Source: Paramecium tetraurelia
Lineage: Eukaryota
Reading direction: 5' to 3'
Length of the DNA: 64,000 bases
Assembly (NCBI GenBank): GCA_000165425.1
Contig: CT868024.1
Location: forward strand, 62,001-126,000
Made by a program: the position numbers and the translations under genes. The notes under the pieces are model-generated. The model was given only the letters and a program-made list of their open reading frames with translations. It was not told where the DNA came from and did no database searches. This document shows, piece by piece, positions 14,042 to 24,343 of the stretch. The number at the start of each line of letters is the position of its first letter. The stretch's first letter is position 1.

Positions 14042-14264
14042 AAGTATATAATTAATAAATCACTATACTAGTTTTCTATTTGGTTTTAATATTCCTAACT
14101 TTTAAATTGTTCTATTTTCAATCTCTCTCCATTCCAATCCCCTCAATATCGATTTCCCTCCCATCTGATGATTACTCGTCACTAGATTCAATAATCTCAT
14201 GGTTAATCTGCATCAAAAGATCTAGTACTTAATAAATAAAAAAGTTATCTAATATAAATTAAAT

Positions 14265-14924
14265 TCATTCATTTTTAGATTTTTCTTAGTAGAGTAACAT
14301 CTGCAGTAGTTTATACGGAACTAGATGAATTGATATATATATAATACTTGCATTCCTTTGTGGTCTCATTTTGAAAACAAGATCTTCGATTTTCTTTTTG
14401 TATAACAAACGATCCTCATTATTCAATAGATTGCTCATTGATGCACTCTTTACTGACCTAGTCTATCCCTTCATGACATTGTAGTGTGTATCATTGACAT
14501 TCGACAAAATTGGATTGAATTGCTTTGGTTAAAGAGTTCTCCCCAATTTTATCGGACTGCCTTCCTCCCCTGGAGTTTGATAGAGAGTTGATCTAAGAGA
14601 TATTCGCTAAGGATATAATTAAAATTTCTATTATCTAATAGGAGTTTTTATAATTATTGGAGATGCTTGCTATTTAACTTGTTATTCGACTTTGGGTTAG
14701 ACTTCTACTACACTTTTTTTTGTAGGAGAACTAGGTTTATTACTCTCATCTAATTTTGGCATAGAGGTGGTTCTGAATCTCATTCTTGTTTTTGGTGATT
14801 CCTGAGCCACCACAACAGTAGGCTTCTCTAGTTATTATGATCCTTGCCGTTTCAAATTCAGAGGAGGATTTTACATCAAATGTTCCAAGTAGTGTTCTTC
14901 ACTTACTTCCCATCCTTGATCCAT
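14265..14924 (-). CDS. Hypothetical low-complexity S/P/K-rich protein
   Basis: Open code-6 frame starting MDQGWEVSEEHYLEHLM. Confidence 0.7.
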
Positions 14925-15185
14925 TATCTGAGTTTAATTATCAAATGTTTATAATATTACTATATTGATAATTACAAAACAAATTTATTGTATTGATATA
15001 TTCATTAAATGTTCTATCTGCTTACATTTCCATTCATAAATCAACATTATTAGTAATACTAAACTTTTAATTGGAAGATATTCTTATTCTCCACTATTTT
15101 AATTAAAAACAACAATAATGGAGAATATCTTCAAATTAAAAGACTTCTAATATGATAATTCAAATTTATAAATATATATATATAT

Positions 15186-15952
15186 TCAATCTATCACAAT
15201 TTCCTTGTATTCAAACTTTTAATTCGGTATTCAGTTTTGATTCTTTGCTAACTTCGAATTGTTGGATTTTAGGGCTATTAGCTCTTATTTTCTTTTGAGT
15301 TTTTTGCTGGCATGATAAGTTGCTTGTGTTTTCTATGGTTGGTTCTAACTCTGAAATAATCCCAAAATCTCATGTAATTCATATCATCATTGATATTGTA
15401 TTGTTAAGTGTAATCCTTTAGATTCTCGAGAGGCAGGATCTTCTTATATTTCAAATAATGTAATTTCAACTTATTGATTAATTTCTATGTTTCCAATGCC
15501 AACTATTACTCTGAAATCTGCTCCTTCTTGTTTGGATAAGTCTCAAACCTGACTTTGTACAGCATCTGCAACTCGTCAGTTGGTGATAAATATGCGTAAT
15601 CTCCTAAATGAACTCCCTTCAATAATATTTCATCATCGTTCCAAATGTTATGTTCTGATGCATCGGAACTGGTGTCTGAAGATGAACTACTATCTTATTT
15701 TACCTGAACAACAGGCTTTTGGAATCTCGACTTCCGTGAGGCTATTTTTGAGGTTTGTGGAATTTTCAAGGCATCTGGAGTATTGGGTTCACTCACTTCT
15801 TTCAAAGGTTAAAGAGGCTGTTAAATAAATATTGGTTATTTGAATTTAATATCCGATTTTGTTGAAGTGCTATCAGAATCAATCGAAGAAGTTGAAAGTT
15901 TACGACTATTTGATGTCCTAATAATTACAGTCCTATGTAGGTTTTTTATCAT
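15186..15952 (-). CDS. Hypothetical protein
   Basis: Open code-6 frame starting MIKNLHRTVIIRTS; the 3' end is approximate (an untraced intron is likely). Confidence 0.65.
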
Positions 15953-16064
15953 AATATTTAAAAATGTAATATTATAAAGTTAAATTTATTGGGGATTCCC
16001 CAATTTTGCTCATAATGAATAAGCTCGATGATGTTTACATTTTTGTAATTTATAGATGAATATG

Positions 16065-17301
16065 TCATATTCCTCCCGAATTTAACTTGTTTCTAATCAC
16101 AGTGCTAAATTCAGCAGAATTCACGAACTCCTTGGCATTTCTAGTGGTCTATAGTTGAATTTGATATTGAGCCTTCAGTTCATTATATATTTGGATTTCC
16201 TAGGCTTAAGCATCCTTATCCTATTCTATATATAATTGGTGTATCATTCTTACATAAAGAATCATTGTAATTTTGTAAGTCCAATTCGTTTTATGTCAAA
16301 GCTTCTTAAGTTGACTTCAATTTATCTAAATGCTATAATTGCACTCTTACTTTGATAAGCTGCCAACACGTAAGTAGCCTCCAATACAGAACGTTTGAAT
16401 TCTTAGTATTCTGTATTCAAAGTTTTCTATCTTGCTTCCCAGGTTTCTTAGATTTATTACTCATCAGTGTTTTCCTATGATATATGCATGATTTATACTT
16501 AGTTAAGACTAGAAACCAACTGATTTCTGGTGTCTTACAACAAGTCTCTAATTTTCTGAGCCTGTCCTTGATCTGCAAAATTCTATGTCAATTATAGCAA
16601 GGCTTCAACAAGGGGGTGTATTGTGCTGGTCTTCTGAATCTTGCTATTGACTCTCTTGACTGCCTGATGGATGGTGGCTTTCTCTGAGAAGGCGACATTG
16701 CCATTGATTAAGGAGTTGATCAATTGCAAGGCTTCATCAACTGCACTGATTGCTCCTTGATGTTCACTCACTAAAAGGGGTTGTGGGTTATTCAATACCT
16801 CTATCCAAATAGGCTTGGTGTTGGTTTTATCTAGCAAGTGTTTCCCTAGATAAAGCGTCTCGGTTGTCATTCATGAAACCATTCAATCTCTCAATCTTTG
16901 CATTAGTTTAATCAATGCTTGGTAGGAGGATGGCATCGATAAAGTCTTTTTCATTGAAAATATTGATTTCTGTTTAACCAATATTGATATCGAGGTTCTC
17001 TTGGGTCACTTGATGCTAATTAGTAGATCTAGTGAAATCATCTTCCAACTGTTGTAGTTCAGCAGTCAATTCATTTTCCAAGTCACCAATTGCAGTAACC
17101 AAATCATCTAAATGTTATTACTCACACATTCATACCAAGAGGGCCTCTCATTTCGGCATGTGTTTGGGCCATTTCTAATATAAACTTCCCCAAATTGCTT
17201 TGCGATAACTCATCCATTTTTTCTGTGCTTAATTGCACCATACTTGGATCAATCGAATAGACTATCGATAAAGTCAAAATCAAAGCCAATAGTTTTTGCA
17301 T
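16065..17301 (-). CDS. Trichocyst matrix protein (TMP/Grl-like dense-core granule protein)
   Basis: Signal peptide MQKLLALILTLSIVYS, then SNLGKFILEMAQTHAEMRGPLDDLVTAI, acidic coiled coils and EHQGAISAVDEALQLI. Confidence 0.85.
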
Positions 17302-17531
17302 AGGCTATTTAATATAATAATGTAATCCGTTTTAATATTTTGTATATAAAATATTTATATTATTTCCACACATGATACTTATTTAACCATTTCTGACATC
17401 AACCCAGAGACACAATAGATCTACTTGATTATGGTATGAGAATGTAATGATTAATTGATACTATATATTATTTATCATCGTATATCTTAAATTAAATTGA
17501 ATTAATAGATCAGTAATGTAGAATATAAATT

Positions 17532-20408
17532 TCAATATCTGGATAACTATTGTCTAAATTTCGATTTTTCAATGACTGTCAAAAGATGAGTTGCATGTCT
17601 TGAAGTCTTTTTGGGCTTCTTTGCTTTCATTAAAACAATATCCAAATTGAATTACGGAAAGTAATTCTAAGTATTTTAGCATTTATCCACATCAAAATCT
17701 ATTCTTTATAGAGGATTATAGGTTATTTCATCTAATTTATTATTTTCTTAAATTACAGGTATTGAAATTTATCTCAATTCCGAATTTGATTTATTTTATG
17801 AAGATTAGAGAAGTTACGGTAATTTTTAATCAACATTCTAAAAAGTAGAAGAATTTCCTTTTCTTATTTTATTTGCAAGGCCATTATGATGCAATTCCTA
17901 ACTGGTCTATATTATTTATTATGGCTAGATCTGGCCAGTAAAAGAACTTGAAGATGACGAATTTTGTTAGGATGATTAACCCTGATTAGATAAATCTTAG
18001 GACAATAACGACACACTACTCCCTCGTAAGGTTTGAACCTATTATAATTAGGCTAAGGTTCTTCTGTTGGCTCTCATAGTTAAAAATTTGGAAGCCCATT
18101 CAGTAGCTTCTCCATGATCTGAATAATCAGGTGACATTTATATAAACTAAATTTTCTAATCGATTGTAGAGCATTTCGGTAAGTTCTTAAGGCCTGCCTA
18201 ATTCTCATCATTTTCTGATTCGTATTTAATAGATTTTAGAGTATTACTTTTCACACTTAACAACGTTTCAATCACATGATCATATTATTTAATATATCCT
18301 AATGAGTTTAGATACTAATCAGTTAAGTCTTCCAAACATATAATATTATTATCTACTATTTATTAGAGAGCAGTTTATTGTATAAGCGATAAGTTGAATC
18401 GTATCTTTCCAGTGACAATTCTATTGAATCTATGTCTTTGATTACTCTCATTAATCATGAACTGTTTTCTCAATTTTCTAAGGTTTGCAATATAGAATAC
18501 GAAAGGACATTTCATAAACTAGTGAGTCCATCTACATATGTAACAAACCTCTCCATAGTTCTGTTTCTCCTCATTAAATTACATCTCATCCTTTAACATT
18601 TAATAATTCTCTTCCTCTCTTGGATCTTCTTTTATGATATTTAAAAAGTCTTCATATTCAATATAAACTATCTGACAGAATTTGGTTGTCCTTATAGAAT
18701 AATCATATTGAGTCTACATGATGAATTCCTTCTCTCCAATAAATTTACCAGCATCTATGATGGCTAATTAGGTTTCTCTATTGGCTTAATCACAAATCAG
18801 GTTAATTTATCCTTTCTGCAAAAAGAACAGTTTATTAGCCAATTCATTCTGAGTCTCAACAATCTCTTCAGGAGCAAATCTTTTCTCTCTCACAAAAGAA
18901 CACAACTTTTTCACACTCTTCTCAGATAATGTATTTTTAATAAGTCTTGAACTCATTAAGATATTGTGATATAGATCAATCGCAACCTATTCCTTTAATC
19001 TTTTATTTAATGCTTTCATCATGTTCTCTCCAAACTCATTGTTCTCATCTTGCATTTTCAAGTAATATTCAAAATACTTTCTTACTTGCAAAATCAATTA
19101 CTTACTTAATTATCTCTTTTTTACATAATTATTTAATTACATCATCTTTTACTTATAAATTTACTCCTTCTCTGTCAATTACCTCAGTATATTACCTATG
19201 CTGGATATTGTGTATCCAAATAATCCACAAATGACCATTGCCATCAGTATAACGAATGTCCTCTCAAGATCAGTCTATGGAACTATGTCTCCATATCCCA
19301 CGGTTAACGTTGTAATTGTACTAAAGTATAGTGAATGAATATATCTTGATTCCCATGAGGCATCCACTATGCCCTTTGAATCCAACCAAGAATATTTCCC
19401 TCCATCTAATTGTATCTATCCTATCAAGTTCCATAAACAAGCACAACAATGAGACACAAACAATAACAAAAACACTGATTTAAATAATTCCATCACCGTT
19501 TACATTGTAATCGAAGGGTTTATTGCTTCCTCTAGTTAATCTATCAAGTTCTTTACTTTTGCCATCCTCAACATCAAAATATACTCAATGTCTGGAATAC
19601 TAAAGAATGATAAAATGAATGGGATTATAAATAATAAATCCCACCAAAACTTCGATTTTGCATAATTCCTAAATATATCCTTATGACTTTTATGGATCTA
19701 TCCTTTACTGTAATACGCAGTGAAGAAATTTATGATAATGTCTATTATAAATGTCCAAGAAGGCATAGATTCAAAAAACAATTATTTCATCGTTTTATCG
19801 TTATTAAAACCAAATCCTAATTTCATGGGGATATAAAAAATACTCAAGATAATTTATACTAATAGAAATATATCCCATATCATCTTAAAATTTGAATCAG
19901 GATCTATAATGGGAAGGTGACTCAAAGTCCCTTTCAAACCATAAATTATAGTTGAAATTTTATTCAGATTTTTTTGCAATAAAACATCCGAATCACTTGC
20001 AGAATCCGAAATCAACATCAGAATGTCCGCATTTAAAGATTTAAATTTGACTTGGGTGGAATGGTTTTTCATTTATTTCACGAATTTAGTCAAGAAGAAC
20101 ATTATACTGAGCCCCTAAATTGCCCAATTCTTATTGCTTTTCTTTATCAGCTAATCTTGGTTACTATCTAAATCAAGAGGAATCTTGGTTTCCCTCTTAA
20201 TGTTAGGTATCTCAAATACACTTTACTCTAATTTTTAATCAGAACTAATATTAGGTTCAAAAGAAGCCTCCTCACTATTGTTTTCACATTAAGGCATTGA
20301 AAAATCAGATCGAATATTGGCAGATTGCTTAATTGCAGGGCTAAATCAAACTCAGAATTGGTACATATATTAGGATCTATTAGAATAAGAATTCATTATG
20401 TCCAACAT
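17532..20408 (-). CDS. Voltage-gated K+ channel with cyclic-nucleotide-binding domain (EAG/HCN-like)
   Basis: PDSNFKMIWDIFLL (S1), pore TITTLTVGYGDIVP, CNBD with GKFIGEKEFI; C-terminal YFPQFN. Confidence 0.92.
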
Positions 20409-21630
20409 CTTATTTGACAAGATATTTAAATGTTATATTTTAAACTTTAATTATTTATATGCAAATAATAATTACATTTATCAATCTGAATTAAGCCTAT
20501 TGAATTATGATATGATGATTTATTATTCATAACATAAATATTAATTATTACTTAAACTGATTTCCAAAATAAGTATTCAGTTAAAGACATTTATAAAGTA
20601 TTACTTTTCTCTAACACTAAATTATCATCTTAGGATAATAGTAAATATAAAAACTCACCAAGGGTATTTTAGTAATAATTATAATTCTTCCAAATTGTAT
20701 TTTAATTATAAATTGGTTTATTATAAATTCAGAATCTTAAAGTTTCTAAATAAGTCAAATTTAATTATTTCATTTATTTTGATACATCTTCCTTCAAAAT
20801 ATTAAGCTTTGTATTTTAAAATTTTTAAACACAAAGTTTTAGCTAATTTAATTATAAGAAAGTAATTGTGAAACTGATAGATTTTCATACAGAGTTTTGA
20901 TTCGAGAATTCGGTGCTAAATTTAAATTAAAATTAATTCTTTTAACAAAACTCAAGTATACACTTTTTGCAGTTGATATTATTTAATTAATTTTTCAAAA
21001 TAGAAAGAATACCTGAATTTTAAGATTTTTTGATAATTTATTTTATATCAATAATGCAAGGATTAAATATATAAAAAAGATGATTATTAGCATGGAGAAC
21101 ATTGAATGATAAATAATTTCTTCTCAAACATTTTTAATATCAATTACTTCTAATCTTTTCAATTCTAAATAGAGTATTAAAGAATTTCAAATCAATTAAC
21201 TTGTATAGCCCTTTGATATTTATATTAATGAAAGATTTACTTTTGAAATAATATAATCACATTTCTCTTATATTAATTTAGCATAGCTTATTTAAAAAAG
21301 AATATAAGATTATAATAAGACACCTAATTAAATGGAACTTAATTTTTTTTGGTTCAGAATATCTTTGAGATTAAATTTAATCTTAGATTTAATTATATTT
21401 AAGAAATAAAAAAGCTGAATAAAAGTGTACTAAAAATGAAGAAGATAATTAAAATGATTTCAATGAATTTTTGATGAAATTAAAGTTAGATAAACAAATT
21501 TTTGAGAGATTTATGAATGAGACAATAAATTTAAGAAAATACTATATTCTACAATTATTAAGCAGTTGCATTAATTATGCTTATGAATTTATATAATTTA
21601 ATATTTTAAATAATAAAATAATTTTTAATT

Positions 21631-21697
21631 ATGATGAACTCAACAATATTAAGCTAATATGATCATTCTATGATTATAGATATTGGAGCTGATCTGA
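21631..21697 (+). ncRNA. Box C/D snoRNA with SSU rRNA guide UAUUGGAGCUG (copy A)
   Basis: C box ATGATGA at 21631, D box CTGA at 21694; guide is complementary to conserved SSU CAGCUCCAAUA. Confidence 0.75.
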
Positions 21698-21720
21698 TAT
21701 GGTGTATTAAATTATATTAA

Positions 21721-21783
21721 ATGATGATTTGATTATTTTATTGCTGATGCAGGTAGTGACTAAAATTTATTGGAGCTGTCTGA
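21721..21783 (+). ncRNA. Box C/D snoRNA with SSU rRNA guide UAUUGGAGCUG (copy B)
   Basis: C box ATGATGA at 21721, D' CTGA at 21744, D box CTGA at 21780; same 11-nt guide as copy A. Confidence 0.8.
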
Positions 21784-21840
21784 CATCATATTAAATAATC
21801 AAACCCATATTTTAATACAATACTATTATAGTAAATTATA

Positions 21841-21893
21841 TAAGATAAAATGGCTTCTTTATTATAATGAAGAATTTATCATAGTTAAACTAA
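21841..21893 (+). pseudogene. Degenerate U46/snR63-like C/D snoRNA
   Basis: TCATAGTTA followed by AA and CTAA resembles the U46 3' end UCAUAGUUACACUGA (LSU target UAACUAUGA); both boxes are decayed. Confidence 0.4.
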
Positions 21894-21915
21894 TAATGGA
21901 TATAAATATTATATA

Positions 21916-22001
21916 ATGATGAAACGATGACGAGTATGAAGGAATCGATAGACATCCATCTATTGTTCCTGCATCAATGATTATTTGAGGCATTTGTCTG
22001 A
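21916..22001 (+). ncRNA. SNORD15: U15 (SNORD15/snR75-like) box C/D snoRNA
   Basis: C box, then GATGACGAG, an internal hairpin and GAGGCATTTGT-CTGA; both guides match U15 and pair with LSU CAAAUGCCUCGUCAUC. Confidence 0.9.
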
Positions 22002-22024
22002 ACAATATTGAAAAGTATGAATTA

Positions 22025-22082
22025 ATGAAGATATATATGCCGCCCCAGTCTTAACGACTCTGATGATACGGCTCATGACAGA
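22025..22082 (+). ncRNA. SNORD31: U31 (SNORD31/snR67-like) box C/D snoRNA
   Basis: ATGAAGA C box, guide TGCCGCCCCAGT pairing with LSU CUGGGGCGGCA, C' TGATGA; terminal D box is non-canonical (ATGA or CAGA). Confidence 0.75.
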
Positions 22083-22105
22083 TTTATTATTATAGTTATA
22101 TTAAA

Positions 22106-22167
22106 GTGATGTAAAAATATTTGCTACTCTTGAAATAGCATGATGAGACAACCACCAAGATCTCTGA
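22106..22167 (+). ncRNA. SNORD24: U24 (SNORD24/snR24) box C/D snoRNA
   Basis: GTGATGTAAAAATATTTGCTA...TGATGA...ACCACCAAGATCTCTGA, colinear with U24 across both guides. Confidence 0.92.
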
Positions 22168-22196
22168 TTCATAATAATATTATATATATATACATA

Positions 22197-22253
22197 GTGA
22201 TGATTTTGTAGTCCATGATTTAATCATGATTTCAATCTTTCGCTCCTATCTGA
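22197..22253 (+). ncRNA. U80/snR60-like box C/D snoRNA
   Basis: GTGATGA C box; TCTTTCGCTCCTAT-CTGA guide pairing with LSU AUAGGGGCGAAAGA. Confidence 0.88.
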
Positions 22254-22282
22254 TACACATAAATTACAATTATATATATATA

Positions 22283-22345
22283 ATGATGACAATTAAGTAC
22301 TAGAGTCTATGACTTCAATATGAACTACAACCCTTGGCTGTCTGA
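22283..22345 (+). ncRNA. Double-guide C/D snoRNA with U52-like D' guide and U53-like D guide
   Basis: ATGATGA; ACTAGAGTC (pairs with LSU GACUCUAG) before ATGA; CCCTTGGCTGT-CTGA (pairs with LSU ACAGCCAAGGG). Confidence 0.85.
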
Positions 22346-22371
22346 AATAAAATAGCTTTATATATATATAT

Positions 22372-22432
22372 ATGATGATAACTGACACCTCTTGATTGAG
22401 CCTATTGGCATTGATCGGAATTCACTGTCTGA
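22372..22432 (+). ncRNA. U60/snR48-like box C/D snoRNA
   Basis: ATGATGA; CTGACACCTCT (pairs with LSU AGAGGUGUCAG) before the D' box; CTGA D box at 22429. Confidence 0.8.
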
Positions 22433-22773
22433 ACTCTTTTTGTGACAGTCTTTCAAATTTAAATCGGCAGACAAGTATGAGAACTAATAAGGGAGATAAT
22501 ATTAATAATATTGATTGATTCAAAAAAGAAGATAAATAAGATAGTTGCTATATTATATGTTTGAGAGATCTGATATATAATATTAATTTTTACAAATCTC
22601 CTGTTTAACAACAAGCATAAATCCATAGGATCACGAATTAAGGTGTAATTTAGATTTCCGTTAATATAAAAAAGCAAGCTGAATCAAAAACGACATAGAT
22701 GAATTAAAATAATTTGATTAAAGTATTGAATCAAAATGAAGACATTTGATCAAACAGGTAAGAGTAATGATGT

Positions 22774-23019
22774 TCAGAATGTGGAACAGCAGGTTTTCGC
22801 TGATTCCTCTGTTAACTAATTATATCTTTTCCAATTTTCAACAACATGAATATCTGCAATTGTCTTTCCTTTTTGACATTCATCTCTAAAAACCACTCTA
22901 TGCACTTTCGTTTTCTTCAATATCGGTATATAAAATTTGTCTAATCTAATTTATACTTTGTTTGCTGCAGTTGGTTCTGTATTGTAAGTATCATCTGGAT
23001 TATTTAGTTTAGATTACAT
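22774..23019 (-). CDS. Small RVxF/VENWKRYN/CaaX protein (family member 3)
   Basis: 81 aa, intronless: ...RLDKFYIPILKKTKVHRVVFRDE...IHVVENWKRYN...KTCCSTF*. Confidence 0.85.
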
Positions 23020-23037
23020 TAAAAAATAAAATAAAAT

Positions 23038-23755
23038 ATGTATATTATAAACAATGTGCAAGAATAAATAATCAATTATTATAAGAATTGGCAGAACATA
23101 GTTACCTAGAAGCACTCTTTGAGAAAGTTGTGTATGAAAGCAAAGGAGGATTTCACTTAAATTGCAAAGCAAATTATCTTAACAATGCTGATATCACAAA
23201 TTTAAATAGAAACCAATCAAAGTTGTCCCATTTGTTTGAATGAAGACCTCGTTTTCAAAGGAGTCTAATCAGAATAGTGCAAACATGCTTTTTGCATTGG
23301 TTGCATCAATGGCTATTGGAAATATAATCAAAAGAAATAGTTAAAGTGTCCATGTTGCAGAGCCAAAATTAGCACATTTGCTAAATCAAAATTGTTATAA
23401 GAGGAATACTAGTAAGAATGTAATTCATTCATATTGTTTTACAGGGTTCGCTGCACAGTCTTAAAATATAATGTTATTTATGTAAACTTTATTAAACATA
23501 TCTTAGCCTTTTCAGATAATAGCAAACATATTCAGGCATTTGGGTCAATTGTTTAATCTATTCAAAATTTTACTTAAATTATCCCTCTAATTGTAACTTG
23601 TTTTGTGTTTTATATTGTGTATTTATGTGCTATCACCAATTGACTTATTTCCAGAAGCCATATTTGGAGTTTTAGGATTGGTAGATGATCTCTTGTGCGT
23701 AATATTTATCGTTTGGATACTAATTACTCAAATTATCATTAGAATTTTTTTTTGA
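23038..23755 (+). CDS. RNF170: RNF170-like membrane RING E3 ligase
   Basis: CPIC...CKHAFCIGC...CPCCR RING plus C-terminal YVLSPIDLFPEAIFGVLGLVDD. Confidence 0.85.
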
Positions 23756-24343
23756 TTCAAATAAATATTATAAATTTTATTATAGATATGAGAATTATAT
23801 CAAATATTATATTCTAATAAACAAGTATTTAGACTCAATTTATGCGTGATTCCTCATCTTTAATGCTTCCATAATATTTTAATGTAAGATTTACAGCTTT
23901 GTCTATCAGAAGATGAAAATCTAATTAATTTGATTTAGAGTAGAATTAAAAATCATAATTGTATTAGATTTAAACCTCTTTTGGTTATAATATAATGAAA
24001 GTAAAATTATAAATTTTATTCTTAAATAAAAGACAACATCTATTATTTAGGAAACCAAAATAATTATAAAATTTTATGAAATTATTATATCTAAATATTT
24101 AAGTATAATAACTGATAAATGTCATATATCTAAGTCATAATGATCAAATGTGGAAATAAATATATAAATGTTATCTAAAAATGATCGGTAAAAAGAAGCT
24201 TAAATCATTTAAAATTACTCCTGTTAACTTGTGCATGTAATATCTTATCATTATTATCATATATCTTTAGAGTCTTAAAATTAATTCAAAATATTTACAA
24301 GTGATTTTTAATATTTATAGTTAATTTTTACTGTTAATTAATT

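Noticed and set aside
20512..20560. ATGATGA...CTGA pair resembling another C/D snoRNA
   Set aside because: The interior is almost pure A/T with no recognisable guide; expected by chance
21631..22432. Regularly spaced TGATGA/CTGA units as a CRISPR-like or tandem repeat array
   Set aside because: Eukaryotic context; only the short boxes repeat, and the variable parts are rRNA-complementary guides
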